In this document: piece by piece, positions 42,493 to 52,752 of the stretch | How positions within the stretch are numbered: position 1 is the first letter of the stretch | How the letters are laid out: each line of letters begins with the position of its first letter | The notes under the pieces: generated by a model | The model's input: only the letters and a program-made list of their open reading frames with translations | What the model was told of the DNA's origin: nothing | Database searches by the model: none | Translations under genes and position numbers: made by a program | Source: an uncultured Candidatus Saccharibacteria bacterium | Lineage (GTDB): Bacteria > Patescibacteriota > Minisyncoccia > Phycocordibacterales > Phycocordibacteraceae | DNA length: 63,261 nucleotides | Assembly (NCBI GenBank): GCA_964550425.1 | Contig: CAZJZB010000004.1 | Coordinates: 1 to 63,261 of the forward strand | Direction: 5' to 3'

Positions 42493-42642
42493 TGCGCCTC
42501 CCTTGGGTTATGTGTACTTCCAGTAGCGAAACTACCATGTGTTCTGAACATTATCAACGATATGCACCCAATCAAAATAAGAACCAATTGCAGAGTATTT
42601 TGTTTGGCTCTTTCGGCGCGTTTCAGCTAGAATAACTCCTGT

Positions 42643-43704
42643 ATGTCATTATTGATACGAGATGCAAGTATGGGTATTGTTGCACTCGCACTTATTTACG
42701 CCGCCAGCTTCTCAAACCTCTTTGCAACGGAATACCGATCAGAGGCGGCCGACGCGCCGGAACGTTTTATTCCGCTGCCAGTACTGGACAAGGCCGATTA
42801 TGATGCGCGACTCCTCGCGCTTGCACATGTCGCGACGTCTACTATGGCGACCTCGACCGCGGACATGGCGTCAAGCACGCCGCGCCTCTGGCCGGTAAAG
42901 ACGGTCTATCCGAACGCCGACGCCATACTGCCATTCAAACGCATCGTCGCCTACTACGGCAATTTTTATTCTAAAGGGATGGGAGTATTGGGAGAATATC
43001 CGACCGACCAAATGCTCGCGATGCTCGCAAGCACAACGGCGAAGTGGGCCGTAGCCGATCCAACGACGCCAGTGGTGCCGGCCATTCACTACATCGCAGT
43101 GGTGGCGCAGGCGACTGCGGGTAAGGAAGGAAAATATGTTCTACGGATGCCGGACGACCAGATAGAGCACGCGCTCGATCTCGCGGACCGGATACACGGC
43201 ATCGTATTTCTCGATGTGCAGGTGGGGAAGAGTACTCTGCAACATGAGCTCCCGATGCTTGAGAAATATCTGAAGATGCCTCAGGTGCATCTCGCCATTG
43301 ACCCGGAATTCTCAATGAAATTCGGCAACCGGCCCGGTACGGTCATCGGCACCTTTGACGCGGATGATGTGAACTACGCCGCCGAATATCTCGCGGGTCT
43401 CGTGCGGGACAATCATCTGCCGCCGAAGATTCTCGTCATACATCGCTTTACGCAGAAAATGGTGACCAATTACAAAAAGATACAGCCGCTACCGGAGGTT
43501 GAGATAGTGATGGATATGGACGGTTGGGGATCGCAGGAAAAGAAAAAGGGAACCTATAACCGGGTCATCGCGCCGGAACCGGTGCAATTCACGGGCATCA
43601 AGCTATTTTATAAAAACGATATTAAGCCGCCTTCCACCGGTCTCTTGACGACCGAAGAAGTGCTTAACCTCACCCCAGCACCAATCTATATTCAGTATCA
43701 ATAA
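42643..43704 (+). CDS. hypothetical exported protein
   Basis: N-terminal hydrophobic anchor or signal and a 353-aa globular region. I cannot assign a family with confidence. Confidence 0.5.
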   Translation: MSLLIRDASMGIVALALIYAASFSNLFATEYRSEAADAPERFIPLPVLDKADYDARLLALAHVATSTMATSTADMASSTPRLWPVKTVYPNADAILPFKRIVAYYGNFYSKGMGVLGEYPTDQMLAMLASTTAKWAVADPTTPVVPAIHYIAVVAQATAGKEGKYVLRMPDDQIEHALDLADRIHGIVFLDVQVGKSTLQHELPMLEKYLKMPQVHLAIDPEFSMKFGNRPGTVIGTFDADDVNYAAEYLAGLVRDNHLPPKILVIHRFTQKMVTNYKKIQPLPEVEIVMDMDGWGSQEKKKGTYNRVIAPEPVQFTGIKLFYKNDIKPPSTGLLTTEEVLNLTPAPIYIQYQ

Positions 43705-43732
43705 TCTTACCGCATGGTATCATCGTTCCCAT

Positions 43733-44431
43733 ATGGAGACCAATGAAACGGAAAGTAATTTTTTACCAATAGTAGTTGTAATCACCGGACTTCTTATTGT
43801 TGCGGGTGCGGTCGTCTGGAACGGGTTGCGTCCGGCAGGATCACCGCAAGAAGATAATGGAGCAGCACAAAAAGTTGATATTAAAAATGTGAAGACCGAT
43901 GGCGATGCTTTCATCGGCGCTGTTGATGCACCGGTCACAATCGCATCATGGAGCGATTTTCAGTGTCCAAGATGCAAACAATTTGAACTCGATACTCTAC
44001 CGCAAATAATCACAGAGTACGTAGATACAGGGAAAGTAAAACTCGTGTTTATGGACTTCGCGTTCTTGGGTAACGATTCCATCACCGCCGCTCTGTATGG
44101 CCGTTCGATATGGAAACTCTATCCGAGCCAGTACCTCGCATGGCGTACCGCGATGTACATTGCACAGGACGAAGAGGGCGATAAAGGATTTGGCAATGCC
44201 GAATCAATCGACACATTGAATGCTACAATCGCCGGCTTCGATGCTGTGAAGATTGCCGCTGACGTGAAGGAGAATACGAATATTTATCGGGCAGCGATAG
44301 ATGCCGACCGTGTCGAAGTCAAGAAAGCACACATCACAGGGACGCCTTCTTTCGTGATTGGCACGCAACTCATTCAGGGTGCCCATCCTTATCCGACGTT
44401 CAAAGACGCAATCGATCCGCTCTTGAAGTGA
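43733..44431 (+). CDS. membrane-anchored DsbA-family thiol:disulfide oxidoreductase (second paralog)
   Basis: TM anchor and the active site WSDFQCPRCKQF. Confidence 0.8.
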   Translation: METNETESNFLPIVVVITGLLIVAGAVVWNGLRPAGSPQEDNGAAQKVDIKNVKTDGDAFIGAVDAPVTIASWSDFQCPRCKQFELDTLPQIITEYVDTGKVKLVFMDFAFLGNDSITAALYGRSIWKLYPSQYLAWRTAMYIAQDEEGDKGFGNAESIDTLNATIAGFDAVKIAADVKENTNIYRAAIDADRVEVKKAHITGTPSFVIGTQLIQGAHPYPTFKDAIDPLLK

Positions 44432-44451
44432 CCTCGGTATATCATTTCTGA

Positions 44452-45165
44452 ATGAATATCCTCTTTATTGCTCTCGCCGCTTCAGCCGCTACGTTTGTTG
44501 GCGGATTTTTCGCGCTGCGGTTCCGCGACAAACTCCATCTTATCCTCGGTTTCTCGGCGGGTGCAGTCGCGGGCGTCGCGCTCTTTGACCTCCTGCCTGA
44601 GGCAATTGAACTTGGCGCGCAGTATCACGACGCTTCGACCATCGCGCTTTTCATCGCGTTTGGCCTCTTCGGTTATCTTATCCTCGACCGGCTCATTTTT
44701 TTGCATACGCATGAGGAAGATGAGGAAGCGAATACTCCGCGCGGCTCTTTCGGCGCGCTAACGCTCTCGGCTCATAGTTTTCTTGACGGTGTTGCCATTG
44801 GCGTCGGCTTCCAGGCCTCCGTTGTAGTGGGAGTCGTGGTGACTGCGGCGGTCTTGACGCATGATTTCTCGGACGGCATCAACACGGTGAATCTCGTCCT
44901 GCGTAATGGTGGGAGCTGGAAACAGGCGTTTCAATGGCTTCTTGTCGATGCGGCAGCGCCAGTGCTCGGCGTGGCTTCCACGCTATATTTGCGCATTCCC
45001 GAATCGGCTATCGGGCTTGTACTCGCCGTATTTGTCGGCACATTCCTTTATCTCTCTGCAAGCGATCTCATTCCTGAGAGTCATCATCGGCATCCCCGCG
45101 CGCTTACGACCATCATGACGCTTCTCGGAGCGGCGCTAATCTATCTCGTCGTACATCTCGTATAA
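44452..45165 (+). CDS. ZIP family divalent metal transporter (ZupT-like)
   Basis: Motifs HSFLDGVAIGVGF and THDFSDGINT, with about 8 TM helices. Confidence 0.8.
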   Translation: MNILFIALAASAATFVGGFFALRFRDKLHLILGFSAGAVAGVALFDLLPEAIELGAQYHDASTIALFIAFGLFGYLILDRLIFLHTHEEDEEANTPRGSFGALTLSAHSFLDGVAIGVGFQASVVVGVVVTAAVLTHDFSDGINTVNLVLRNGGSWKQAFQWLLVDAAAPVLGVASTLYLRIPESAIGLVLAVFVGTFLYLSASDLIPESHHRHPRALTTIMTLLGAALIYLVVHLV

Positions 45166-45186
45166 TTTTCAATAAAAACTTCTCGA

Positions 45187-45804
45187 TTAGACCGCGCTTT
45201 TTTTGCGAGCGAGATTTATGAGGATAGGGGAGAAAGAGAGTACGATGATAACCAGCGAGAGTGGGAGTATGTATTTTTCACTATTCGGAATCACCGAACC
45301 GAGAAAGTATCCGAGCGCTATCATACCCATGCCCCAGAGGAATCCGCCGAGTATGTTATAGGCGAGAAATACTCGATATTTCATAGAGCCGGCGCCAGCG
45401 AGAATCGGCGCGATAGTACGCACAATAGGGACAAATCGCGCGAGTATAATCGCGCGTCCGCCATACTTCTGGTAGAAAAGCTCGGTGCGTTTCAGATATT
45501 CCTGTTTGAAAAAGCGTGAATCCTCGCGTAAGGAAAGGCGGTTGCCCGCCTTGGCGCCGAACCAATATCCTACCGAGTCGCCGAGTATCGCCGCGACTAC
45601 TACCACTAGTATAAGAGAACTCGGAGCAAGAAATCCTCCGGCAGATAGGAGACCGGCTGCGAAGAGGAGAGAATCACCAGGAAAGAATATGCCGATAAGA
45701 AGTCCGCTCTCGGCGAAAACAATCAATGCGATGCCAAGATAACTCCCCGTCTTCACTATGGCGAGCGGGTCGAGATGCACAGTTGCGAGTAGAAAGTCGA
45801 GCAT
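45187..45804 (-). CDS. DedA family membrane protein
   Basis: FAESGLLIGIFFPGDSLLFAAGLL and RFVPIVRTIAPILAGAG are typical of DedA. I chose the start at MLDFLL (45804). Confidence 0.75.
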   Translation of the reverse strand: MLDFLLATVHLDPLAIVKTGSYLGIALIVFAESGLLIGIFFPGDSLLFAAGLLSAGGFLAPSSLILVVVVAAILGDSVGYWFGAKAGNRLSLREDSRFFKQEYLKRTELFYQKYGGRAIILARFVPIVRTIAPILAGAGSMKYRVFLAYNILGGFLWGMGMIALGYFLGSVIPNSEKYILPLSLVIIVLSFSPILINLARKKSAV

Positions 45805-45827
45805 TCCGATGCAGTATACTAGAACGA

Positions 45828-48602
45828 ATGGAATCGACACCAAAGTTGTCCACGCCCGAGGAGGAGCTCGCGTATTTACGCGAGCAAGTAGCGCGCAAGG
45901 AAGCGGAGCTTGCCGAAAAGGGAAGGGTGCCTGACTTGCTCGAGCGCACACACATCATTTCCGAACAGATCAAGGAGCATCATGCCGCACCCGAGGACAT
46001 ACTCGTACCCGAGTATCGCATCAGCGAAGCGACGAAGCGCGGCGAGGCGGATGCGATACTTACCGAACTCAATCTCGACGGAAGCGAGAAAGCGATAAAG
46101 GGTCTGCAGCAAACGATGGAAGAGAAGGGAATAAAGAACGCGCTTTCAGTGCTCGAGAAACTCCATGACCCGCATATCGCTGACGACTTCCATCGCTACC
46201 TCGTGCGCTATGTCGCGGCAGGGCTCACCGCTCCCGGCATTGACGAGAAGGCGCCGCGCTTTCAGGCGCTTAAAATGACGCTGTATGAAATCGCGCTTCC
46301 CGAGCCCAAAAGTGCGGAACAGGGCGGACGTACGAAAACGCTCAAAGAGCTTATTTCCGGCATGGAACAATTCTACGCGGGACTCTTATCAGTTGAGGAT
46401 GCTGCGAGCGGCGAGCCGCACTACTATGCGCTCGAGCTCGCGGTGCCGGCAAACAGTCCCGAGCTCCAGTTCTACGCGGCGGTGCCAAATGGAAAATGCA
46501 ATCTTTTTGAGAAACAACTCCTCGCCATATTTCCCGATGCGCATTTGACGCAGCAACCCTTTGACTACAACGTCTTCGCTCAGGGCAGAGTCGCGCTCGC
46601 TTCGGTCGCGCGCTTCGCCGAGAATCCCTCCCTCCCCTTGAAAGATTATGGAGATTTTGATTATGATCCTTTGAACGCCATAACCAATGCTTTTGCAAAA
46701 ATAGAGCGCCAAGGGGAGGGAGCGGCGCTTCAGATTATCATTGAGCCGAGGGCGGAGCGGCATGTCAAGCATTACCGAAAAATTCTTCAGGCCCTGCGCA
46801 AGGGAGAGAAGCATTCGTCGGCATTCAGTACACCAGAGACCATGCTCGGTGAATTTGCACGCGATATTGGTCGAACTCTTTTTTCAAACAAACCGAAGGA
46901 CGAACAGAAAGCGAAGGAGGCCGAGACCCGCCAGATAGAGGCGAACAAGATATACATAGAACAGGTGGAGAAGAAAACCGCAGCGCCTATCGTCGGCGCG
47001 ACGATACGGCTCGTTGTTTCTTCGAGCAACGAGCGCAAGGCGGGGCAAGTGCTTGGCGAGCTTGAGGCGGCGTTTAATCAATTTGCGAATACGCAAGGGA
47101 ACAAGTTGCTGTTTACGCGTCCGTCTGCCGGCAAACAGGCGCAGAACGTTTTCAACGACTTTTCCTTTCGTCTGCCCAGTTCTTCAGCTCTTCCTTTGTC
47201 GCTGCGCGAACTGACGACTATGTATCATTTCCCGCCCTCCGGTATCGAGTCCTCGCCGCATCTGAAACAAGCGCGCTTCACCCATGCGAGCGCGCCGCTC
47301 TCGCTGCCGCACACAGGCGTACTTCTCGGTATCAATAATTATCGCGGACAGACGACAAACATCTATCTCGATCCTGAAGACCGTTTGCGCCATCTCTACA
47401 TCATTGGCCAGACCGGTACCGGCAAGACCGGACTTATGAAGTCGATGATTATTCAGGACATCAAACATGGAGAGGGATGCTGCTTTATTGATCCGCACGG
47501 TTCCGACATCTTGGATGTTCTCGCTGCGGTGCCGCCCGAGCGGTACAAGGACGTTATTTATTTCGACCCCGCTGATCTCTCGCGCCCATTCGGTCTTAAC
47601 TTCCTCGAATACGATCTCTCGCGGCCGGAGCAGAAGACCTTTATCGTGAACGAACTCCTGATGATTTTCCGGCGGCTCTACGGCGATGTGCCGGAGAGCA
47701 TGGGTCCGGCTTTTGAACAATATTTCCGCAACGCGACTCTTCTCGTGATGGAGGACCCGGGCAGCGGTTCGACCATTCTCGATATTGCGCGTGTGCTTAG
47801 CAACAGCGAATTCCGTCGCGAGAAGCTCGCAAAAAGCATGAATCCGGTCGTGAACCAATTCTGGAACGAGATAGCGACGAAGGCCGGCGGCGATGCCGCG
47901 CTCGAAAATATCGTCCCGTACATCACCAATAAGTTTGATGATTTCACGGCGAACGACTTTATTCGTCCCATAGTAGGGCAGCAAGAATCGTCGTTTAAGT
48001 TCCGCGAAGTGATGGACACGAAGAAGATACTGCTTATCAATCTCTCCAAAGGCCGCCTCGGCGAAAAGAACGCGAACCTTCTCGGGCTCATCATCGTCGG
48101 GAAACTCTTTATGGCGGCGCTTTCTCGTGCGGATAATCCGCGTGCCGCGCATATACCCTTCTATCTCTACATCGACGAGTTCCAGAATGTTACAACCGAT
48201 TCCATTCCCGGCATTCTCTCCGAAGCGCGCAAGTACAAACTCTCGCTTTCCATGGCGCATCAGTTTCTTGCGCAGATAGAGGAAAAGACGCGCGAGGCGG
48301 TATTCGGCAACGTGGGCAACATTGCGGTCTTCCGCGTGGGCGAAGAGGACGCAGAATTCTTTGCGAAGCAATTCGCGCCGGTTTTTGAAACGCTCGATTT
48401 CGTCAACATAGAAAACCGCAATGCGTATGTGAAGATTCTTGCTGGCGGCGTACCGCAGAAGCCGTTTGATATGAAAACGCCGGATTTGCCGCAGGCAAAT
48501 CCAGCGCAAATAGACGACCTTATTCACCTCTCGTCACTCACCTACGGCCGCAATCGTGCTACAGTTGAGAACATGATTCGGGAACGTTACCTTTCGCAAT
48601 AA
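45828..48602 (+). CDS. VirD4/TraG/TraD-like (T4SS coupling protein-type) P-loop ATPase with a ~480-aa N-terminal domain of unknown function and no TM segment
   Basis: Walker A IIGQTGTGKTG, then FIDPHGS, Walker B FYLYIDEFQN, and SLSMAHQFLAQI. The ATG at 45828 is 23 nt from the divergent dedA start. Confidence 0.6.
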   Translation: MESTPKLSTPEEELAYLREQVARKEAELAEKGRVPDLLERTHIISEQIKEHHAAPEDILVPEYRISEATKRGEADAILTELNLDGSEKAIKGLQQTMEEKGIKNALSVLEKLHDPHIADDFHRYLVRYVAAGLTAPGIDEKAPRFQALKMTLYEIALPEPKSAEQGGRTKTLKELISGMEQFYAGLLSVEDAASGEPHYYALELAVPANSPELQFYAAVPNGKCNLFEKQLLAIFPDAHLTQQPFDYNVFAQGRVALASVARFAENPSLPLKDYGDFDYDPLNAITNAFAKIERQGEGAALQIIIEPRAERHVKHYRKILQALRKGEKHSSAFSTPETMLGEFARDIGRTLFSNKPKDEQKAKEAETRQIEANKIYIEQVEKKTAAPIVGATIRLVVSSSNERKAGQVLGELEAAFNQFANTQGNKLLFTRPSAGKQAQNVFNDFSFRLPSSSALPLSLRELTTMYHFPPSGIESSPHLKQARFTHASAPLSLPHTGVLLGINNYRGQTTNIYLDPEDRLRHLYIIGQTGTGKTGLMKSMIIQDIKHGEGCCFIDPHGSDILDVLAAVPPERYKDVIYFDPADLSRPFGLNFLEYDLSRPEQKTFIVNELLMIFRRLYGDVPESMGPAFEQYFRNATLLVMEDPGSGSTILDIARVLSNSEFRREKLAKSMNPVVNQFWNEIATKAGGDAALENIVPYITNKFDDFTANDFIRPIVGQQESSFKFREVMDTKKILLINLSKGRLGEKNANLLGLIIVGKLFMAALSRADNPRAAHIPFYLYIDEFQNVTTDSIPGILSEARKYKLSLSMAHQFLAQIEEKTREAVFGNVGNIAVFRVGEEDAEFFAKQFAPVFETLDFVNIENRNAYVKILAGGVPQKPFDMKTPDLPQANPAQIDDLIHLSSLTYGRNRATVENMIRERYLSQ

Positions 48603-48605
48603 CGT

Positions 48606-51194
48606 ATGAAAGAACCAGGATTCCCGCCGCCCGGAGGTAAAAAAAAGCTCGAAGACGCAGATACAGTCGACTATAAACGTGCCGCACATCGCCTTGCGGA
48701 AACACTCTATCGCAAGCCGCAGGAAAAGGGTGCTGCCGTTAATAATGCCGCCGAAGGGGGAATTATTGAACCCAAACAGAATGAAGAGTCAAAAGTTAGC
48801 CAAATGCCCGACTCTATCCAGAGTTTGCGGGCGGAAATACGAGATTTAGAAGCAGAGGCGACGCAGCCGGGGGCGGATAAGAATATTGAGCCGGAAATTC
48901 TCAAGCGTGAGGATAAACTCCGTACACTCGAAACGGCAAAACATGCGTCCGCAAAACATGAAGCAAAAGCCAATCGGATAAAGGAAATTCGTCAGCGCCT
49001 CTCGACGCTTGAATACCAAGCGGCGCATCCGGCCGAATATTCGCGCAATCACGATGAATTGGAAAATGAAGTCCTGACGGCTGAAAAAGAGTTGAGAGAT
49101 TTGGAATCGGCCGGGCGGCCTGTAGAGGGTACGCCGAAAGAGTTGCGTAATAAGTTTCGCGACAAATTACGCAAACTCATCGGTGGTGTGACAGAACGTC
49201 TCAACATGGGTGAGCGCGCCGGACGTTTACAAGCATATTTCGCAGAACGTTCGAAAAGTTTGAATGAGAAAGCGGAGGGGTATGGACCGAAGATTGCGGC
49301 ATTCATCGGTTCAGGGATCGAAAAATACAATAAGCTGCATTGGCTGACGAAACTTACCATCACGGGCGGTCTTGTCGCCGGCGTTTCGCTCACCTCGATG
49401 GTTGCACCGATCGTCTCCGGGATACTTGCTACAACTCTTTATGGCCAGCGCGTCGTCGGTGCGGCCGGTTTCGCCATAAATAAACGTAAGAAGATTGACG
49501 CGAAAATCGCAGAGAACTCTAAATATTGGCTAGCGAACAAATCGGAGACCATGAAAAATACCTATGCGACCGTATTCGCTGCGGTATATATGGGAGGTAC
49601 GGCTTTTGCCGTGCACGAAGGTGTCGAGGCGCTCAATGCGCTCGGAGTGAATGAATGGTTTGGCAACGCGCCTGGACCCGACGCTCCTCCACAGGTCGTC
49701 GCGCCCACAAAACCGGAAATTCCTGATGCATCACCGGCTCCAGCACCGACGGAAACACCAGCGCCCGAAACGCTTGTTCCTGATGAATCAGCCACCGAAT
49801 TGACAGAAGCACGAGCCGTCACAGATCGCGCGTTTGCTAATCTTAAAGAACGTGTAGCTGAAGCTCAAAAGTTGGCTTCCGAACAACAAGTCGCCATCGA
49901 CAAGGCGCTTGAAGCAGCCAATCCACCTGAAACGACTGGAGTTCCCGATGATTTGGGTACAACCGGAGCCGTTGCGGGTCTTGATGCAGACCAGAGACCA
50001 AGTGATGCTCTGGATAAAATCAAAGCGGAGAAGTTTGAAATTGAACAACATGTAGCTGAATCCGATGCTGCTTTGGATAGATATAATGCAGCTAACGATC
50101 TTACTGACGAATTCAATGCACGTGTCGCGGAACTTGATACTAAAATTGAAGACGCCTTGGGGCGGCACAATGCTCTTTTGGATGAATATGGAGCGGCTGG
50201 ACGCGAGGCCATAGAATCAAACCAAAGAGCCAATCAACTTCATACTGATGCAAATAGTGCGTTTGAGAATGCCAAAGAACATATGGAAAAGTATAAAGAT
50301 ATAATAAAAAATACAAAGGATAGTGACATCGATGCGAACGAAGCGCAAATACGCGCGGAAATACGGGGAGATCAAGAGGTGCTTGAACGTGATGCTGAAG
50401 AAGCGGCGAAGGCCTATGACGATGCTGAAGCCATCATTGACGATAAGTTTAAGCGCGCCGAATATCTTAAATCTCAAGCCGCAGATGCCAAGAACGCTTA
50501 TGAAGATCTCGCGGCTCAAAAGAAAGCCGCTTTTGAAGCATTAAATGCCGACAAGCCGTTAGAAAGTATCTTGCCTGCTTCGCCGGCTGAACAGCAGAGT
50601 GACAGTGGGGATATATCCGGAGCAGAGCAAGCAGGTAGAACTTCAGAGTCCCCATTCGGACGCGACGCCAATGGACATCCTTTCCCGTCTGAGCAAGAGG
50701 CAAAGGATTATGACGATCTCATACATAAAGGGATACGCGATCCGAGAGAAACGGGTGCGTGGCCTCCCGAACCCTCACAAGAAAAAGGATTTCTCGATAA
50801 AATTTCAGATTGGTTTAAAGAAGATAAGAATACAACAGAAATGAGCGATACTCATTTTGAAACAAACGCATCAGGATTAGCGGTCGATACCGCCCACGCA
50901 AATGCGTATCTTGATGCACAAGGCAATCACATCATTTTCGGCGGTTCCCTTGAAGATCGGATGAAAACGGCGCTTCAATTAGCCGCCAAAGATCGTTCCA
51001 TCGCCGTGTATTTCGACTCAACACGGCCCGGCGGCCTATTCGGATGGTTCCAGGAGCATCATTTAAGCAAAGCATATTCTCCTGAAGGTTCAGCCCTGCC
51101 GCAAATTGTAGACGACATAGCCGATGCAACACTGCGAGGTGTCAATCTCCCAAGCATTGATGATCTTAAAGAAGTGTATAAACCTATTAAATAA
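48606..51194 (+). CDS. large membrane protein: cytoplasmic coiled coil, ~3 TM helices, Pro-rich linker, long acidic coiled coil, C-terminal globular domain
   Basis: 862-aa ORF starting 3 nt after the ATPase stop. TM region at about aa 245-345, a PAPAPTETPAPE linker, and Asp/Glu/Ala-rich heptad-like segments. Confidence 0.6.
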   Translation: MKEPGFPPPGGKKKLEDADTVDYKRAAHRLAETLYRKPQEKGAAVNNAAEGGIIEPKQNEESKVSQMPDSIQSLRAEIRDLEAEATQPGADKNIEPEILKREDKLRTLETAKHASAKHEAKANRIKEIRQRLSTLEYQAAHPAEYSRNHDELENEVLTAEKELRDLESAGRPVEGTPKELRNKFRDKLRKLIGGVTERLNMGERAGRLQAYFAERSKSLNEKAEGYGPKIAAFIGSGIEKYNKLHWLTKLTITGGLVAGVSLTSMVAPIVSGILATTLYGQRVVGAAGFAINKRKKIDAKIAENSKYWLANKSETMKNTYATVFAAVYMGGTAFAVHEGVEALNALGVNEWFGNAPGPDAPPQVVAPTKPEIPDASPAPAPTETPAPETLVPDESATELTEARAVTDRAFANLKERVAEAQKLASEQQVAIDKALEAANPPETTGVPDDLGTTGAVAGLDADQRPSDALDKIKAEKFEIEQHVAESDAALDRYNAANDLTDEFNARVAELDTKIEDALGRHNALLDEYGAAGREAIESNQRANQLHTDANSAFENAKEHMEKYKDIIKNTKDSDIDANEAQIRAEIRGDQEVLERDAEEAAKAYDDAEAIIDDKFKRAEYLKSQAADAKNAYEDLAAQKKAAFEALNADKPLESILPASPAEQQSDSGDISGAEQAGRTSESPFGRDANGHPFPSEQEAKDYDDLIHKGIRDPRETGAWPPEPSQEKGFLDKISDWFKEDKNTTEMSDTHFETNASGLAVDTAHANAYLDAQGNHIIFGGSLEDRMKTALQLAAKDRSIAVYFDSTRPGGLFGWFQEHHLSKAYSPEGSALPQIVDDIADATLRGVNLPSIDDLKEVYKPIK

Positions 51195-51220
51195 AAAAAT
51201 TAGTAATAATTGACTATGCT

Positions 51221-51529
51221 ATGATGTCACCTATGCACGATGAATTGACAGCTGCGATTGCCACCGATCTCGGTATTGCGGATCTCCCGTCCGAGGAGCA
51301 GCAGGCGCTCATCGCGCAGTTCGGCGAGGTGGCGCTCAAGGCAGCGACGCTTGCGGTCGTGGGCAAGCTCGAGGGCGGCAAGCAAGAAGAATTCGTGAAG
51401 ATCTCCGAAGCGGGCGATGCGACGGCGCTCAGAGCGTTCCTTGATCGCGAGGTTCCCGCTCATGAGGCAATCGCGAAGCAGGCGGTTGCCGAGGAGGTCG
51501 GGCGATTTAAAGATTTTCAAAAACCATAA
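51221..51529 (+). CDS. small acidic helical protein (resembles the CPR-restricted DUF5663 type; from memory, unverified)
   Basis: 102 aa containing LGIADLPSEEQQALIAQFGEVALKAATLAV. Confidence 0.45.
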   Translation: MMSPMHDELTAAIATDLGIADLPSEEQQALIAQFGEVALKAATLAVVGKLEGGKQEEFVKISEAGDATALRAFLDREVPAHEAIAKQAVAEEVGRFKDFQKP

Positions 51530-51556
51530 TATAATCAAGGCATAACATCACACCTT

Positions 51557-52084
51557 ATGAAACCAACCCAGACAGGCATTGCTGTGGCACTCGCACTCGT
51601 AGTGGTCGCCATACTCTTCTTTTCTCAGGACTTTTCGCCTTTTAGTCAATTGCCGTCGCAAACAGGGACGACCGAACAAGGTCAGGCATTACAAGCTGCT
51701 GCTATCCAATATCAACCTACATCAATCACTATGCCTACCGATGCTACACAACTCCAGACGACCGATGATGTTATCGGTACCGGTGCCACTGCCGCAGTAG
51801 GCGATAGCGTAACTGTGAACTATGTCGGTTCGCTCACCAACGGAACCGTCTTTGACGCTTCCGCCAATCATGGAACGACTGGCTTCACATTCAATCTCGG
51901 CGCAGGGCAGGTTATCAAGGGTTGGGACCTCGGCATCGTCGGTATGAAAGAAGGAGGCAAGCGCACACTTGTCATTCCCGCGCCGCTCGCATACGGCGAC
52001 CAGGCAGTCGGCCCAGTCATTCCCGCAAATGCAACGCTCATCTTCCAAGTGGAACTCTTGAAAGTGCAAAAACCGACTCGCTAA
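51557..52084 (+). CDS. membrane-anchored FKBP-type peptidyl-prolyl cis-trans isomerase
   Basis: Motifs GDSVTVNYVGSLTNGTVFDAS, GAGQVIKGWDLGIVGMKEGGKR and LIFQVELLKV. Confidence 0.85.
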   Translation: MKPTQTGIAVALALVVVAILFFSQDFSPFSQLPSQTGTTEQGQALQAAAIQYQPTSITMPTDATQLQTTDDVIGTGATAAVGDSVTVNYVGSLTNGTVFDASANHGTTGFTFNLGAGQVIKGWDLGIVGMKEGGKRTLVIPAPLAYGDQAVGPVIPANATLIFQVELLKVQKPTR

Positions 52085-52102
52085 CGCTGTATATAAAAGT
52101 AG

Positions 52103-52146
52103 AATCGCATGGCCCCCAGAGGGAACCATGCGATTTTGTTTTTGAG
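52103..52146. terminator. bidirectional terminator between convergent genes
   Basis: aatcgcatgg / ccatgcgatt forms a 10-bp stem, followed by ttttgttttt. Confidence 0.65.
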
Positions 52147-52152
52147 CCCGCA

Positions 52153-52752
52153 CTATCGTTGCGCAGGGCTCCCAGAGGAGACCGGCCCATGCCAGTTCAT
52201 CTGCTGGGCGAGCTTTGGTGCCGGATCGTCCTGGTTGTTGCGACTCCGGATGAACGCCGCAACAACGTGGAGCCGACGGAACAGCTTCTTCCCGTCGCGC
52301 TCTTCGTCTCGCAACGTGTCCTCGACCGCTTTGCCGAGGGCATACACGTTCGCATACGAAGCCGTTACGGCTCCATTTACACCGCCACCAAGCCCATACA
52401 CCGTGGCGGTGATGACGGTCCCGGGAACTGTCAACCCGGGGAAATAGAGTCCCTGTGTTGCCCCGCCTCCCGCGCCAGCGGCGGCGTATGGGACAGCCGA
52501 CGACAAGATCGCCTCAGCCGTCGAGGACAGTTGCCCATCTATCCTCGCCCCCATTTTTTTGGCGATTTTCTGAATCGCCACATACTGCTCCTTTGTAGGA
52601 GCAGTATCATCAGTCCGATAGATGACGAGCTGTGTCATCCTATCGTCTGCAAGTCCGTTGAAAATGCCGGGTGCCGTCGTGCACCCTGCAGCAAGCATCG
52701 CGAGGATCGCGATGCTCACAATAAGCGCCAATGCACGTCGCACATCCACCAT
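52153..52752 (-). CDS. hypothetical lipoprotein
   Basis: Signal peptide with the lipobox LAAGC, and a Gly/Ala-rich mature protein. The overlapping plus-strand ORF (51922-52815) is Arg-rich nonsense. Confidence 0.6.
   Translation of the reverse strand: MVDVRRALALIVSIAILAMLAAGCTTAPGIFNGLADDRMTQLVIYRTDDTAPTKEQYVAIQKIAKKMGARIDGQLSSTAEAILSSAVPYAAAGAGGGATQGLYFPGLTVPGTVITATVYGLGGGVNGAVTASYANVYALGKAVEDTLRDEERDGKKLFRRLHVVAAFIRSRNNQDDPAPKLAQQMNWHGPVSSGSPAQR

Noticed and set aside
42541-42585. Possible degenerate fifth copy of the TTCTTAT/CGGTCGG/ATAAGAAT element (gttctgaacattatcaac ... aaaataagaac).
   Set aside because: The CGGTCGG core is absent and the arms match only partly. That is too weak to call without a statistical search.
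47184-48527. A 447-aa minus-strand ORF opposite the VirD4-like ATPase.
   Set aside because: It has no motifs and an Arg/Phe/Leu-rich shadow composition. The plus frame has Walker A and B motifs.
49076-49115. ggaatcggccgggcggcctg resembles the reverse complement of the conserved hairpin loop (gaatcggcctagcggcctg).
   Set aside because: There is no flanking inverted repeat. The match is short and rests on a GC-rich, self-complementary ggcc core, so it is likely chance.
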